Below are positions 37,146 through 47,902 of a DNA stretch of 64,000 nucleotides, in pieces. The notes beneath the pieces were generated by a model. That model was given only the letters and a program-made list of their open reading frames with translations. It ran no database searches and was not told the origin of the DNA. The stretch is from Myxococcota bacterium (GTDB lineage Bacteria > Myxococcota_A > UBA9160 > SZUA-336): the NCBI GenBank assembly GCA_035498015.1, contig DATKAO010000154.1, positions 870-64,869 on the forward strand, given 5' to 3'. Made by a program: the position numbers and the translations under genes. Every line of letters begins with the position of its first letter. Position 1 is the stretch's first letter.

Positions 37146-38901
37146 AGCGGAGCGCCTCCGCAGGATCGAGGCGCGACGCCTGCCAGGACGGCAGGAGCGT
37201 CGCCCCGATCGACAGCACCATGGCGATCAGCGAGATCAGCGCGAGCTGCACCGGCTCGACCGAGTGCGGCAGGCGCTGCAGCTGGTACACGTTGGCCGGC
37301 AGCACGTCGAAGCCGAACGTGCGCTCGACACCGGACTGGATCACGTCGAGGTTCCAGGTGATCACCAGGCCCATGCCGATCCCGACCAGGAGCCCCACCA
37401 CGCCGATCAGGAAGCCCTCGATCGCGAACATGCGCAGGATGCCGTCGTCGGGACAGCCCATGGTCTTCAGGATCGCGATGTCCTGTGACTTCTCCATGAT
37501 CATCATGATCAGCGTCGCGACGATGATGAACCCCGCCACGACCATGATGAACGAGAGCAGCACGAACATCATCACCCGTTCGGTCTTCAGCGCCTGGAAG
37601 AAGCTCGGGAAGTAGTCCTTCCAGTCGCGCGTGTAGTAGATGCCGGTCGCGTCGAGCGACGCCTCGATCTGGCCCGCGATCGCGCGCGAGCGGTAGGCGT
37701 CGACGGTGCGCACCTCGATGCCCTGCGCCACGTCGCCGAGCTTCATGAACTTCTGGGCGCCGGCGAGACTCGTGTACACGAAGCTCTCGTCGAACTGGAA
37801 GAAGTCACTGCGGAAGATGCCCGCCACGCGGAAGCGCTCGAGCCGCGGCGCCGGGCCCAGTGGCGTGGGCTGCCCGCCCATGGGCGAGATCAGCACCAGC
37901 GGGTCGCCCACGCGCAAGAGGAACCGGTTCGCGATCTCTGCGCCCACGATCACTCCCGAGAGCCGCTCGAGGTCGGTGCCGTCGGGCTTGGGCGCGAGGT
38001 CCGCGAGCGACCCGGCGCGGATCGTGCTCACGAGCTGGGTGGCCTGCGCGACCGTCTCCGGGTCGACGCCCTTCAGCACGATCGCCTGCAGCCCGCCGTC
38101 GTGACCGCGCAGGATGGCGTCGGTCGCGATGAACGGCGTCGCGCCCACCACGCCGGGAACGGTGCGCACGTCGGCGGCGAGCTCGCGGTAGTGCTCGATG
38201 TCACCGGCGCGCGACAGCACCGAGAGGTGCGAGCGCGCGCCGATCACCTTCTCCTCCCACATGGAGGAGAAGCCGTTCATGACCGAGAGCACGACGGTGA
38301 TCACCGCCACGCCCAGCGCCACGCCGACCACGCAGATCACCGAGATGATCGAGATGAAGGTCTGGCGCCGGCGCGCGACGAGATAGCGCAGGCCCACGAA
38401 CCACTCGACGGGCTTGGCGCGCCGGTGCTCGACCAGCCCCGCGAGCACGAGCGGCCAGAGCCCGAGCGCGGGGAAGATCAGGAGCAGCGCCGCGACCATG
38501 GCCGCCTCGTGCGCGGCCTCGGAGAAGCGCGGCACGAGCAGCCCCAGCAGGAAGAGCCCTCCGCACACGGCCAGCGTCACCCCGAAGCCGATGCGCAGCG
38601 CGCGGTGCGCGCGCGGCACGCGCACGAGACCCCACGCGGCGAGTCCGGTCACGATCTGCGCGAGCGCCGGCGACCAGGCCCACTCCACCCCGGAGAGCCG
38701 CGACACCACGGCGAGCAGCGCCGCGGCCGCCGCGATCGCGGGCAGCGCCACGCGCGGCGCGCGCGTGAAGCGCAGGAAGTGACCGAGAATCAGCGCCGCC
38801 GAGCCCGAGAAGAACAGGAACATGGCCGCGAAGCCGAGCGCGATCAGCGCCACCAGGCTCGCCGACACGAAGCCGAGGCTGCGCGAGAGCAGCTCAAGCA
38901 T
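37138..38901 (-). CDS. lolC: Lipoprotein-releasing system permease LolC/LolE (FtsX-like) with an N-terminal hydrophobic extension of about 160 aa
   Basis: Core from VEWFVGLRYLVARRRQTFISIISV... to the diagnostic C-terminus ...PSWQASRLDPAEALRYE. It is preceded in-frame by about 160 hydrophobic residues (3-4 predicted TM helices). Confidence 0.7.
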   Translation of the reverse strand: MLELLSRSLGFVSASLVALIALGFAAMFLFFSGSAALILGHFLRFTRAPRVALPAIAAAAALLAVVSRLSGVEWAWSPALAQIVTGLAAWGLVRVPRAHRALRIGFGVTLAVCGGLFLLGLLVPRFSEAAHEAAMVAALLLIFPALGLWPLVLAGLVEHRRAKPVEWFVGLRYLVARRRQTFISIISVICVVGVALGVAVITVVLSVMNGFSSMWEEKVIGARSHLSVLSRAGDIEHYRELAADVRTVPGVVGATPFIATDAILRGHDGGLQAIVLKGVDPETVAQATQLVSTIRAGSLADLAPKPDGTDLERLSGVIVGAEIANRFLLRVGDPLVLISPMGGQPTPLGPAPRLERFRVAGIFRSDFFQFDESFVYTSLAGAQKFMKLGDVAQGIEVRTVDAYRSRAIAGQIEASLDATGIYYTRDWKDYFPSFFQALKTERVMMFVLLSFIMVVAGFIIVATLIMMIMEKSQDIAILKTMGCPDDGILRMFAIEGFLIGVVGLLVGIGMGLVITWNLDVIQSGVERTFGFDVLPANVYQLQRLPHSVEPVQLALISLIAMVLSIGATLLPSWQASRLDPAEALRYE

Positions 38902-40390
38902 CGCGCGGTCTCAGATGGGGGAAGAGCTTCACCTCGCGCAGGTGACTCGCGCCGGCCAGGATCATCGCCAGGCGCCCGACGCCCAGCCCCATGCCCCCGG
39001 TGGGCGGCATGCCGTGCTCGAGCGCGAGGAGAAAATCCTCATCGAGCGGCTGCGCCTCGGCGTCGCCCTTCCGGCCGGCCTCGGCCTGCTCCTCGAAACG
39101 CACGCGCTGGTCGTCGGGATCGTTCAGCTCGCTGAACGCGTTGCAGATCTCCATCCCGCCGATGAAGCCCTCGAAGCGCTCCACCATGTGCGGGCGCGCG
39201 GGATCGCGCTTGGCGAGCGGAGAGAGCGCGGCCGGGTAGTCGACGACGAACGTCGGCGCCACGAGCGATGGCTCGACCGTTTCGGAGAACACCGCGTCCA
39301 CGAGGCCCGCCCAGCTGTGGATCGTTTCGAGATCGACGTTCGGCACGCGCGCCTGCTTCACCGCAGCGCGCAATGAGTCGAGCTCGGCCGAGCGCTCGAT
39401 GTCGATCCCGCACGCGTCGCGGATCAAGTCGACCATCTTGCGGCGCGGCCAGGGCTGAGACAGGTCGAGCTTCACGCCGTCGCGCTCGAGGGTCGGCGTG
39501 CCCAGCGCGCGCTCCGCGCACAGCGCGACCATGTTCTCGACCAGCTCCATCATGTCGTGGTAGTCCGCGTAGGCCTGGTACACCTCGAGCATGGTGAACT
39601 CGGGGTTGTGCTTGCGGTCGATGCCCTCGTTGCGGAAGTCGCGGCCGATCTCGTACACGCGGTCGAAGCCGCCCACGATGAGGCGCTTCAAATACAGCTC
39701 GAACGAGATGCGCAGGAAGAGCTTTTGGTCGTAGGTGTTGTGCAGCGTGGTGAACGGCCGCGCGTGCGCCCCGCCGTAGATCGGCTGCAGGATCGGCGTC
39801 TCGACCTCGAGGAAGCCGCGCGCGTCGAGATACTCGCGCATGGCGCTGATCATGCGCGAGCGGATCACGAAGGCGCGCCGTGACTCCGGGTTGGTGAGCA
39901 CGTCGAGGTAGCGCTGGCGGTAGCGCGACTCGACGTCCTGCAGGCCGTGCCACTTCTCGGGCAGCGGCCGGTACGACTTGGCCAGGAAGCCGAGCTCGTG
40001 CACGTCGAGCGACAGCTCGCCCTTCTTGGTGCGCACGAGCTTGCCGCGCGCGTAGGCGAAGTCGCCGACCTCGTAGAGCTGGAACTCGGCCCACGACTCG
40101 GCGGAGAGCGCGTCCTTGCGCAGCCACAGCTGCAGGCGCTCGCCGTCGCCCTGCACGGTGGCGAAGGCCATCTTGCCGAAGCTGCGCAGCGCGACGATCC
40201 GGCCCGCGACGCAGGCGCTCACGTCGGCCTTTTCGAGCGCGGCGGCATCGGCGGTGCCGAAGCGCGCCAGGATCTCGGGGATCGTCGTGCGGTCGCGCGG
40301 CACGCGCGCCGGGAACAGGTCGACGCCGCGCGCGCGCAGCTCCTCGGCCGCCTTGCGGCGCGCGGCCAGGATCTCGGCCTCGCTGGCCAC
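38894..40390 (-). CDS. lysS: Lysine--tRNA ligase (class II)
   Basis: OB-fold N-domain and class II motifs (...FLEVETPILQPIYGGAHARPF..., ...GFDRVYEIGRDFRNEG..., ...GMGLGVGRLAMIL). Directly follows prfB, as in the E. coli prfB-lysS operon. Confidence 0.9.
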   Translation of the reverse strand: MASEAEILAARRKAAEELRARGVDLFPARVPRDRTTIPEILARFGTADAAALEKADVSACVAGRIVALRSFGKMAFATVQGDGERLQLWLRKDALSAESWAEFQLYEVGDFAYARGKLVRTKKGELSLDVHELGFLAKSYRPLPEKWHGLQDVESRYRQRYLDVLTNPESRRAFVIRSRMISAMREYLDARGFLEVETPILQPIYGGAHARPFTTLHNTYDQKLFLRISFELYLKRLIVGGFDRVYEIGRDFRNEGIDRKHNPEFTMLEVYQAYADYHDMMELVENMVALCAERALGTPTLERDGVKLDLSQPWPRRKMVDLIRDACGIDIERSAELDSLRAAVKQARVPNVDLETIHSWAGLVDAVFSETVEPSLVAPTFVVDYPAALSPLAKRDPARPHMVERFEGFIGGMEICNAFSELNDPDDQRVRFEEQAEAGRKGDAEAQPLDEDFLLALEHGMPPTGGMGLGVGRLAMILAGASHLREVKLFPHLRPRDA

Positions 40391-41510
40391 TTACTTGCCC
40401 TCCGACAGGAGATACGCGCGCATGAAGCCGTCGAGATCGCCGTCGAGCACGGCCTGCGCGTTGCCGACCTCGAACTCGGTGCGGTGGTCCTTCACACGCT
40501 GCGACGGGTGCAGCGTGTAGGAGCGGATCTGACTGCCGAAGTCGATCTTCTTCTTCTCGCCCGCCACTTTCTCGATCTCGGCCTCGTGCTCCAGGCGCGC
40601 CTTCTCGTACAGCTTGGCGCGCAGGATCTTCATGGCCTGGGCTTTGTTCTTGTGCTGGCTGCGCTCGTTCTGGCACTGCACCACGATGCCGCTCGGCAGG
40701 TGGGTGAGCCGCACGGCCGAGTCGGTCTTGTTCACGTGCTGGCCGCCGGCGCCGCCCGCACGGTAGGTGTCGATGCGCAGGTCCTTCTCGTCCAGGTCGA
40801 CCTCGATGTCGTCGCCGATGTCGGGAATCATCGAGACCGAGGCGAAGCTGGTGTGGCGGCGCTTCTGCGCGTCGAAGGGCGAGATGCGCACCAGCCGGTG
40901 GATGCCGATCTCGCTGCGCAGCCGGCCGTAGGCGTACTGACCCTTCACCGTGAAGGTGACTCCCTTGATGCCCGCCTCTTCGCCCGGCTGGATGTCGACG
41001 ATCTCGACCGCGTAGCCGTGGCGCTCGCACCAGCGCAGGTACATGCGCAAGAGCATCTCGGCCCAGTCCTGTGACTCGGTGCCGCCCGCGCCGGCGTTGA
41101 TCGACACGATCGCGTCGAGCGCGTCGTGCTCGCCCGCGAGCATGCGCGCGAGCTCGGCTTCCTCGAGCCGCCCGCGCAGGGTCGCGAGCGGGGCCGCGGC
41201 TTCGCCCACCGAGTCCGCGTCGGGTGACTCGCCGGCGAGCTCCAGCATGAGCTCGGACTCCTCGAAGAGCTTCTCGGTCTCGGCGAAGAAGCCCACGCTC
41301 TTCTCTAGCTCGCGCTGTTCGCGGAGCACGCGCTCGGCGCGCTCGCGGTCGCTCCACAGCTCGGGGTCGGAGGCGCGCTGTTGCAGCTCCTCGAGCTTCG
41401 CCTGCTTCGAGGCGAGGTCAAAGATGCCTCCGCAGCTCCGCGAATCGCTCGCGCAGCCGGGGCAGCTCGTCGCGCAGCTCGCGCAGCCTAGCGCCGGCGT
41501 CTTCCGACAA
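40391..41510 (-). CDS. prfB: Peptide chain release factor 2, expressed via programmed +1 ribosomal frameshift
   Basis: Frame 0 runs from TTG 41510 to the TGA at 41418-41420 (30 codons, ...ELRRHL). It continues in the +1 frame from GAC (41417-41419) as [13 protein letters not shown]... The body has GGQ ([12 protein letters not shown]) and SPF motifs. Confidence 0.85.
41417..41431 (-). promoter_or_regulatory. RF2 autoregulatory +1 frameshift site: SD-like GGAGG, 3-nt spacer, CUU UGA C
   Basis: Minus-strand sequence cGGAGGcatCTTTGAC. The in-frame UGA is decoded by RF2 itself. Same slippery codon, stop and 3' C as E. coli (AGGGGGuauCUUUGAC). Confidence 0.8.
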
Positions 41511-43086
41511 CGGCTCTCCCTCCCAGGAACGCGAAGCTCGCGGCGCACAGCCAGAGCGGCCAGTCACCGATGCGGCTGTAGGGCGTGGCCGACGCGCGCG
41601 CGCGCGGAACCTCGCCCGCCAGCACGTGGCGCTCGAAGATCGGTGTTTCGGACAGCACCGCTCCGCCCGCATCGATCAAGGCACTCACTCCCGTGTTTGC
41701 ATCGCGCAGCATCGGCAACCCGTGTTCCGCCGACCGCAGCTGGGCGATCGCCAGGAACTGGTGCGGAGCGCTCGACCGCCCGTACCACGCGTCGTTGGTG
41801 ATGTTGATCAGCAGCCGCGCTCCCTCGCGCACCGCCCGGCTCACGACGCCCGGATAGACGACTTCATAACAAATGAGCACCGCAGGGGCATGCTCCCCCA
41901 GCCGGCCCATGCCCCGCAGCCGGCGCACGCCGTCGCCGGGAGTGACGTCGCCCAGGTTCGCCACGCCGGAGGCCACGGCGCTGAGCGACCCGAACAGGAG
42001 CCAGCGCGCCGGGATGTACTCGCCGAATGGCACCAGCACGGTCTTGTCGTGGCGGTCGGCGAGCCCGTCGCGGGGCGTGATCGTGAAGGCGCTGTTGTAC
42101 ACGTTCGGCATGCGCTGGCCGGGAACGGGCGTGAGTGCCAGCGCCCCGACCAGGAGCGGCACCTGGCGGTCGCGTGCGAGCGCGAGCAGCGGGTCGCGAA
42201 ACTCGCGCTGTGAGTCGGCCAGGAAGGGGTATCTCGCCACGTCGCCCGGGTCGAGCAGGAAGCCCGGGACCGCGGCCTCGGGCCACAAGAGCAGGTCGGG
42301 CGGGTCGCTGGCGAGCGCCTCGCGCGAGAGCTCGAGCTGCGCGGCGAAGTTGTGTGACTCGAAGTCCGGGTCCCACTTCTCGCTCTGCGGGATGTTCCCC
42401 TGGATCATCGCCACGTGGATGGGCGGAGTGTCTGCGGGCGCGAGCGCGCCGGGCAGTGCGAGCCAGCCCAGGGCGTGCGCGCCGAGCACGAGCGCGGCCA
42501 GGGCCGGCCAGCGCCGCTCGGCGAGCCAGACGCCCGAGAGCGCGTACACGAACGACAGCCCGTACACGCCGCACAGCGACGCGAGGCCGCGCAGCGGCGG
42601 GTCGGCGTGGGCCGCGTAGCCGAGAAAGGCCCACGGGAAGGCCGCGACCGACTCCAGCGCGCGCACGCGGTCGGCGAGGATCCAGGCCGCGGGCAGGAGC
42701 AGCGCGGCCGCGGGCCCGGCCCACGGGCGCAGCGCCGCGGCCGCGGCCGCGCCCAGCGCGAGACACAGCGCGCAGTAGGCGGCCACGCCCAGCGTGCCGG
42801 CCACACCAGCGGCGGCGGGGGCCTTGCCGTAGACGGTGATCACGATGAACAGCCACCAGAACACACACGCGTAGCCGAGCCAGGCCGCGAGGAACGCGCG
42901 CCCGAACGCGGCGCGCGGCGGCGCGTCGCGGAGCAGGAGCCAGAGCGGCGCGGCCGCGGCCCAGGCCGCGACCGGGCCCACGTCGAAGAACACGTCGCCG
43001 GCGCGGAACGCGAACGAGAGCGCGAACAGCGCCGCGAACGCCAGGCTGAGTCCCAGGCGTGTCACTCGAGCCGCGCGAGCTCCCAC
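41488..43086 (-). CDS. lnt: Apolipoprotein N-acyltransferase
   Basis: N-terminal polytopic membrane domain and C-terminal nitrilase/CN-hydrolase domain (...[15 protein letters not shown]...[10 protein letters not shown]...LICYEVVYP...). Its 3' end overlaps the prfB start by 23 nt. Confidence 0.85.
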   Translation of the reverse strand: MGARAARVTRLGLSLAFAALFALSFAFRAGDVFFDVGPVAAWAAAAPLWLLLRDAPPRAAFGRAFLAAWLGYACVFWWLFIVITVYGKAPAAAGVAGTLGVAAYCALCLALGAAAAAALRPWAGPAAALLLPAAWILADRVRALESVAAFPWAFLGYAAHADPPLRGLASLCGVYGLSFVYALSGVWLAERRWPALAALVLGAHALGWLALPGALAPADTPPIHVAMIQGNIPQSEKWDPDFESHNFAAQLELSREALASDPPDLLLWPEAAVPGFLLDPGDVARYPFLADSQREFRDPLLALARDRQVPLLVGALALTPVPGQRMPNVYNSAFTITPRDGLADRHDKTVLVPFGEYIPARWLLFGSLSAVASGVANLGDVTPGDGVRRLRGMGRLGEHAPAVLICYEVVYPGVVSRAVREGARLLINITNDAWYGRSSAPHQFLAIAQLRSAEHGLPMLRDANTGVSALIDAGGAVLSETPIFERHVLAGEVPRARASATPYSRIGDWPLWLCAASFAFLGGRAVVGRRRR

Positions 43087-43499
43087 TCGAGGTGGCGCTC
43101 GAGCGTGCGCATGCGCGCGCGGTCGGCCGGCCGCATGTGGTCGAGCCCGTGCAGGTGCAGGCAGCCGTGGATCAGGAGCGCACGCAGCTCGCGGTCCAAG
43201 GTGACTCCGCGCCGGGCCGCCTGCCGGCGCGCCGTGTCGAGCGAGATCACCACGTCGCCCAGGCAGAGTGAGTCGCCGCGGCCCCTGCCCTCGCGCTGCG
43301 CGAAGGCCAGCACGTCGGTGGCGCGGCGCCGGCGCCCGAAGTCGCCGGCCAGGCGCGCGATCTCGGCGTCGTCGACCAGCGCGATCGAGAGCTCGGCGTC
43401 AGTCGAGCCCAAGGCGCTTAATATCGTCTTCGCGTTTCTCGCGAGCGCCGTCCGGTCGACTCCCGGGGCGCGTTTCACCGCGGTCAGAGAAACCTTCAT
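43062..43499 (-). CDS. ybeY: rRNA maturation endoribonuclease YbeY
   Basis: Internal ATG start at 43499. ...ELSIALVDDAEIARL...DVLAF...LGDVVISLDTA...ALLIHGCLHLHGLDH contains the H-x-x-x-H-x5-H zinc motif. Confidence 0.85.
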   Translation of the reverse strand: MKVSLTAVKRAPGVDRTALARNAKTILSALGSTDAELSIALVDDAEIARLAGDFGRRRRATDVLAFAQREGRGRGDSLCLGDVVISLDTARRQAARRGVTLDRELRALLIHGCLHLHGLDHMRPADRARMRTLERHLEWELARLE

Positions 43500-45840
43500 C
43501 GACCTCTTCTTCCAGCCGCCGGCCCGTCGCGTCGGTGGTCTCGGGATAGTCGATGCGCTCGTGGCGGATCGCGGAGAGCGTGTCGATGAAGCTGCGGGCG
43601 ATGGCGTGCAGGTCGCGCAGCGTGAGATTGCACTCGTCGAGCTGGCCGTCGCGAAAGTAGTTGTTGATGATGCGCTGGACAAGCTGCTGCACGCGCGCGG
43701 GCGAGGTGTCTACCAGCGTCCGCGATGCGGCCTCGACCGAGTCGGCCAGCATCAGGATGCCCGCCTCGCGTGTCTGCGGCTTGGGACCCGGATAGCGGTA
43801 ATCGTGCTCGGCCACGAGGTCGCCCTTTTCGGGGTCGGCGTTCTCCTTGGCCTTCTCGTAGAAGAAGCGGATCACGCTGGTGCCGTGGTGCTCCATGATG
43901 CCGCGCGCGATCGGCAGCGCGAGCTTGTGTTTCTCGGCCAGCTCGACGCCGTCCTTCACGTGCGCCTGGATGATGCGCGCCGACATCGAGGGCGAGAGCT
44001 TCTCGTGCCGGTTCTCGCCCTGGGTGATGGTGACGTTCTCCACGAAGAACTGCGGGCGGCGCATCTTGCCGATGTCGTGGTAGTAGCCCGCGACCTTGGC
44101 GAGCAGCGCGTTGGCGCCGATCGCCTCGGCGGCCTTCTCGGCCAGGTGACCGACCATCATGCTGTGGTGGTAGGTGCCGGGCGCGCGCAGCTCGAGCTCG
44201 CGCAGCACCGACTGCTCGCGGTTGGCCAGCTCGAGCAGCTTCACGTCGGTGGTGTACGAGAACAGTGACTCGATCACCGGCGCGAAGCCCGACACCAAAA
44301 TCCCGCACAGCGCCCCGCAGGCCAGCGCGAGCGCGAGCCCGAGCGCGACCGTGCCCGGCGCCAGGTGGTTGCCGAGCAGCAAGAGCGCCAGCACCACCGT
44401 GGCGTTGGCCGCGCCCACGCGCAGGCCCGCGCGCATCAGCGTGCCGCGCTGGGTCACCTTGGCCGCGCCCAGCGCCGCGGTGAGTGAGCCGGCCAGCGAG
44501 TAGAAGGTGAAGCCCAGGTCGCCGTGCACCTGCAGCCCCGCGATCACCGACGAGAGCGCGGCGAACAGGGCCGCGGTCTCGGCGCTCTGCACCATGCGCA
44601 CCAGCATGGTCGCGGCGGCCACGGGAATCACGAACTGCAGCACGCCCGGCCACTCGTCGACCCACGGCTGCAGGCGCGGGCTCTCGCCCGCGAGGTCGGT
44701 CAGGAACAGAGCCAGCGTCGTGCCCAGCGCAGTCACCACCAGCACCGTGAGCAGGAACCAGGCGTCGCGGTTGCGGCGCGGGAAGCGCTGCAGGCTGTTC
44801 ACGCCGAAGCGCCAGATCACACGCATGAGCGTGAAGATCAGCAGCGTGACTCCCAGGAACACCGCCAGCCGCGACAGCGCGCTCTGCTTGCTGCGGATCT
44901 CGTTCAGGATGAGCAGATGGCGCTCGGTGATCGGGTCGCCGTCGCGCACGATGATCTCGCCCTTGCGCAGCGAGATCGTGGCCTCCTTCACGCTGCCCTC
45001 GGCCGCCTTGCGGCGCTCGTCGGTGGCGCGCAGGTTGAAGTTGAGGTTGGGGCGGATCAGCGCCTTGGCGAGCGGCACCAGCGCCGTGCGCGCGGCGGGC
45101 GAGGCGCCCGGCACGACGTCGTTCGCCGCGTGCTCGATCAGCGCGCGCGCGGCCTCGGTGGTGAGCACGCGCGTGCCCGGCTTGAGCGTGCGCTCGTTGC
45201 CGCTGCCGAGGTCGCGCACCACGACGCTGCGCAGCTCGGCCTGGTGCTCGAGGTCGGCGGCGTCGTCGACGATCATGCGCTGCGCGACCGGGTCCACCAG
45301 CTGCATCAGGAACGCCTGCTCCTGCAGCGAGAAGCCGCCCTTCTCGACCCAGGCGAGCGACGCGTCGGGAACCTGCACGTCCGGGCCCAGTGACTCGCGG
45401 AAGGCGCTGCCCGGGGTGCGCGGGCTCGCGTCGGGCGCGGGCGTCGCTCCGCGGGTGGGCGGCGCCGGGTGCACCGCGCGCGCAGCGCCGAACGCCGCCA
45501 CGATGCTCTCGCGCAGCGCGCCCGAGCGCTTGTCGTCGAAGTCGTAGACCAGGGGCGCGGCGTCGGACGCCTCGCGGCGCAGCCTCTCGGTGGCCACCGG
45601 GTCGACCACGTTCATGGCGAACGGCGCCTTCTCGTCGTGGTCGGCGATGTCGCCCGCCGCGGGCACCCCCAGGGCCAGGCCGCCCACGGCCGGCAGGATT
45701 TCGAGCGTGAGCAGCGCCGAGAGCACCAGGCTCGCGGCCAGCGCGCCGATCCACAGCGACGGTCCGCCCGCGCGCTCCTCGGCGGGCGCGGCCCCGGGCT
45801 TGGCCGCGCTGCGCATCGTCCTCGAGTCCGACTTGGGCAT
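43399..45840 (-). CDS. 7TM-receptor with intracellular HD hydrolase (PgpH/YqfF family HDIG phosphohydrolase)
   Basis: Large extracytoplasmic region, a block of 7 TM helices, then HDIG domain ...[14 protein letters not shown]...YYHDIGKM...MEHHGTS. Sits in the conserved phoH-(7TM-HD)-ybeY order. The 3' tail overlaps ybeY by about 100 nt. Confidence 0.75.
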   Translation of the reverse strand: MPKSDSRTMRSAAKPGAAPAEERAGGPSLWIGALAASLVLSALLTLEILPAVGGLALGVPAAGDIADHDEKAPFAMNVVDPVATERLRREASDAAPLVYDFDDKRSGALRESIVAAFGAARAVHPAPPTRGATPAPDASPRTPGSAFRESLGPDVQVPDASLAWVEKGGFSLQEQAFLMQLVDPVAQRMIVDDAADLEHQAELRSVVVRDLGSGNERTLKPGTRVLTTEAARALIEHAANDVVPGASPAARTALVPLAKALIRPNLNFNLRATDERRKAAEGSVKEATISLRKGEIIVRDGDPITERHLLILNEIRSKQSALSRLAVFLGVTLLIFTLMRVIWRFGVNSLQRFPRRNRDAWFLLTVLVVTALGTTLALFLTDLAGESPRLQPWVDEWPGVLQFVIPVAAATMLVRMVQSAETAALFAALSSVIAGLQVHGDLGFTFYSLAGSLTAALGAAKVTQRGTLMRAGLRVGAANATVVLALLLLGNHLAPGTVALGLALALACGALCGILVSGFAPVIESLFSYTTDVKLLELANREQSVLRELELRAPGTYHHSMMVGHLAEKAAEAIGANALLAKVAGYYHDIGKMRRPQFFVENVTITQGENRHEKLSPSMSARIIQAHVKDGVELAEKHKLALPIARGIMEHHGTSVIRFFYEKAKENADPEKGDLVAEHDYRYPGPKPQTREAGILMLADSVEAASRTLVDTSPARVQQLVQRIINNYFRDGQLDECNLTLRDLHAIARSFIDTLSAIRHERIDYPETTDATGRRLEEEVDEGFSDRGETRPGSRPDGAREKREDDIKRLGLD

Positions 45841-45847
45841 GCGCGCC

Positions 45848-46807
45848 TCAGCGCTCGGCTTCGTAGCGGTCGTACGCGCGAATCACTTCCTGCACGAGCG
45901 GGTGGCGGACCACGTCCTTCTCGTTGAAGTGCACGAACGCGATTCCCGGCACCTCGGCCAGCACCTTCTTGGCCTCGATCAGCCCCGAAGTCGTGCCGCG
46001 CGGCAGGTCGATCTGAGTCACGTCGCCGTTGATCACGGCCTTGGAGTCGAAGCCCATGCGCGTGAGGAACATGCGCATCTGCTCCGAGGTGGTGTTCTGC
46101 GCCTCGTCGAGGATGATGAAGGCGTCGTTCAGCGTGCGCCCGCGCATGAACGCGAGCGGCGCGATCTCGATCACGCCGCGCTCCATGCGCCGCGTGACCT
46201 CCTCGCCGTGCAGCATGTCGTGCAGCGCGTCGGTGAGCGGCCGCAGATACGGGTCGACCTTGTCGAACAGCGAGCCGGGCAGGAAGCCGAGCTTCTCACC
46301 GGCCTCGACCGCGGGCCGGGTCAGGATGATGCGCCCGACCTCGCGCCGCAGGAGTGACTCGACCGCCATGGCCATGGCCAGATAGGTCTTGCCGGTGCCC
46401 GCGGGGCCGATGCCGAAGGTGAGCGCGTGCTCGCGGATCGTCTCGAGATAGAGCCGCTGGTTCTCGGTGCGCGGCAGGATGCGCTTGTGTCTCCCGACCT
46501 CCACGCTGGTGCCCGAGATGAGCGCGCTGGCGGCTTGCGAAGGCCCGTCCTCGGCCAGGTGCACCATCTGGCGCACGTCGGACTCCTCGACCGGCGCGCC
46601 GGCCGCGGCCAGGTCGTACAGGTCGCGGATCACGCGCCGGGTGAGCTTGGACTCGAGGATCGGCCCCGAGACGCGTACCCGATTTCCCCGCGCCGAGATA
46701 CGCACGCCGACGAGCTGTTCGAGCTTTCGCAGGTTCCGGTCGCCTTGTCCGTACACGACCTGGGCCAGCGCGTTGTCCTCGAGAACCAGCGGATCTTCGT
46801 CGGCCAA
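45848..46807 (-). CDS. phoH: PhoH family ATPase (YbeZ)
   Basis: P-loop [16 protein letters not shown] and Walker [11 protein letters not shown]. The N-terminal KH-like region is typical of PhoH. Confidence 0.85.
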   Translation of the reverse strand: MADEDPLVLEDNALAQVVYGQGDRNLRKLEQLVGVRISARGNRVRVSGPILESKLTRRVIRDLYDLAAAGAPVEESDVRQMVHLAEDGPSQAASALISGTSVEVGRHKRILPRTENQRLYLETIREHALTFGIGPAGTGKTYLAMAMAVESLLRREVGRIILTRPAVEAGEKLGFLPGSLFDKVDPYLRPLTDALHDMLHGEEVTRRMERGVIEIAPLAFMRGRTLNDAFIILDEAQNTTSEQMRMFLTRMGFDSKAVINGDVTQIDLPRGTTSGLIEAKKVLAEVPGIAFVHFNEKDVVRHPLVQEVIRAYDRYEAER

Positions 46808-46816
46808 CGATCCTCC

Positions 46817-47902
46817 CTAGGGGCGTATTCGCCACAGACGGTAGCCGTCGGGCGAGCGCTGGTAACTGTATCGGTCGAGCGGAACCGCTGCCAAGAGCGC
46901 GCCGGCGTCGCGCAGGCCGTCGAGCGTTTCGGGGTATTGGCCGCTCGCCCAGCGGTGCGCCTCGAGCGCGGCCTGGATGCGCTCGGTGGCGGCGCTCTCG
47001 CGCAGCTCGGCGACCGGATCGCTGGGCAGCGGCCGGCCCGGATGCGCGGGCAGCTTGGCCAGGAACAGCGCGCCGGCCAGCACGGCCGACACCACGAGCA
47101 GCGCCAGCGCCGCGATCGGCGGCCGGTCCGCGCGCCGCTCCGGGCGCTCCTCCTCGGCCTCGGCCTCGCGCTGCTCGGGGCGCAGTGAGCCGTTGCGGAT
47201 CAGCGCCACCAGACCGCGCGCGCCCTGGAAGGTGCCCAGGCGCGAGAGGTCGATCACCCGCCGCGCGGCCAGCCGGCCGTTCGCCAGCGTGAACAGCTTC
47301 TCGAGGTCGGCGCCGGGCACGCCCGAGCCCGACTCGATCGAGGCGCGCTTGGCGCGGAAGCCCTCGACGTCCTGGTTCGGCACCAGCACGACCGACAGGT
47401 CGGGAAGCCAGCCCTGGATCGAGACCCACTCGTCGCGCATGCGCAGCGCGTCGAGCAGCACCATCTCGGCCGGCGTGGCCTTGTCGACCGGGCCCGCGTG
47501 CACGTCCTCGGCGCGGAAGGCGAAGCGGCCCTCGTCCCACAGGAAGAGCTCGAAGATCGTCTCGCCGGTGGCGAGCTTGGTGACTTGCTCCAGGTCGGCG
47601 CGCGGCACCAGGTTCTGCGCCAAAAGCGTCGGCACCAGGCCCTCGAGTGTCTGCTCCTGGTGCTTGCGCGCGTCGGACAGCGCCGACTCGGAGAGCGCGC
47701 CCGCGCGCAGCAGGTAGCCGGCGAGTGACCCGTCGGGCCGTGTCTCGGACGGCCGCGCCGCGAGCACCTGGCCCTCCAGGAAATACACCAAGAGCGTGCG
47801 GCCCTTGCGTTCGACCTCGAGCACGCCGGTCTTGCGCTGCTGCGCGATCAGCTGGAAGACGTCGGCGACCGGGAAGTCGGCGAGGATGCCCGAGAGACTC
47901 AT
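46817..47902 (-). CDS. DUF4388 domain-containing protein (receiver-like signalling module)
   Basis: Internal ATG at 47902 (ATGA overlap with the upstream stop). N-terminal [24 protein letters not shown]...[10 protein letters not shown] is the DUF4388 signature. Has a C-terminal single TM region. Confidence 0.55.
   Translation of the reverse strand: MSLSGILADFPVADVFQLIAQQRKTGVLEVERKGRTLLVYFLEGQVLAARPSETRPDGSLAGYLLRAGALSESALSDARKHQEQTLEGLVPTLLAQNLVPRADLEQVTKLATGETIFELFLWDEGRFAFRAEDVHAGPVDKATPAEMVLLDALRMRDEWVSIQGWLPDLSVVLVPNQDVEGFRAKRASIESGSGVPGADLEKLFTLANGRLAARRVIDLSRLGTFQGARGLVALIRNGSLRPEQREAEAEEERPERRADRPPIAALALLVVSAVLAGALFLAKLPAHPGRPLPSDPVAELRESAATERIQAALEAHRWASGQYPETLDGLRDAGALLAAVPLDRYSYQRSPDGYRLWRIRP

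Noticed and set aside
39039-41357. 772-aa minus-strand ORF spanning lysS and prfB in an alternative frame
   Set aside because: Arg/Ala/Gly-rich shadow frame. The genuine lysS and prfB frames carry the class II aaRS and GGQ motifs.
43496-45754. 752-aa minus-strand ORF overlapping the 7TM-HD gene in another frame
   Set aside because: Shadow ORF. The HDIG motifs are in the 43399..45840 frame.
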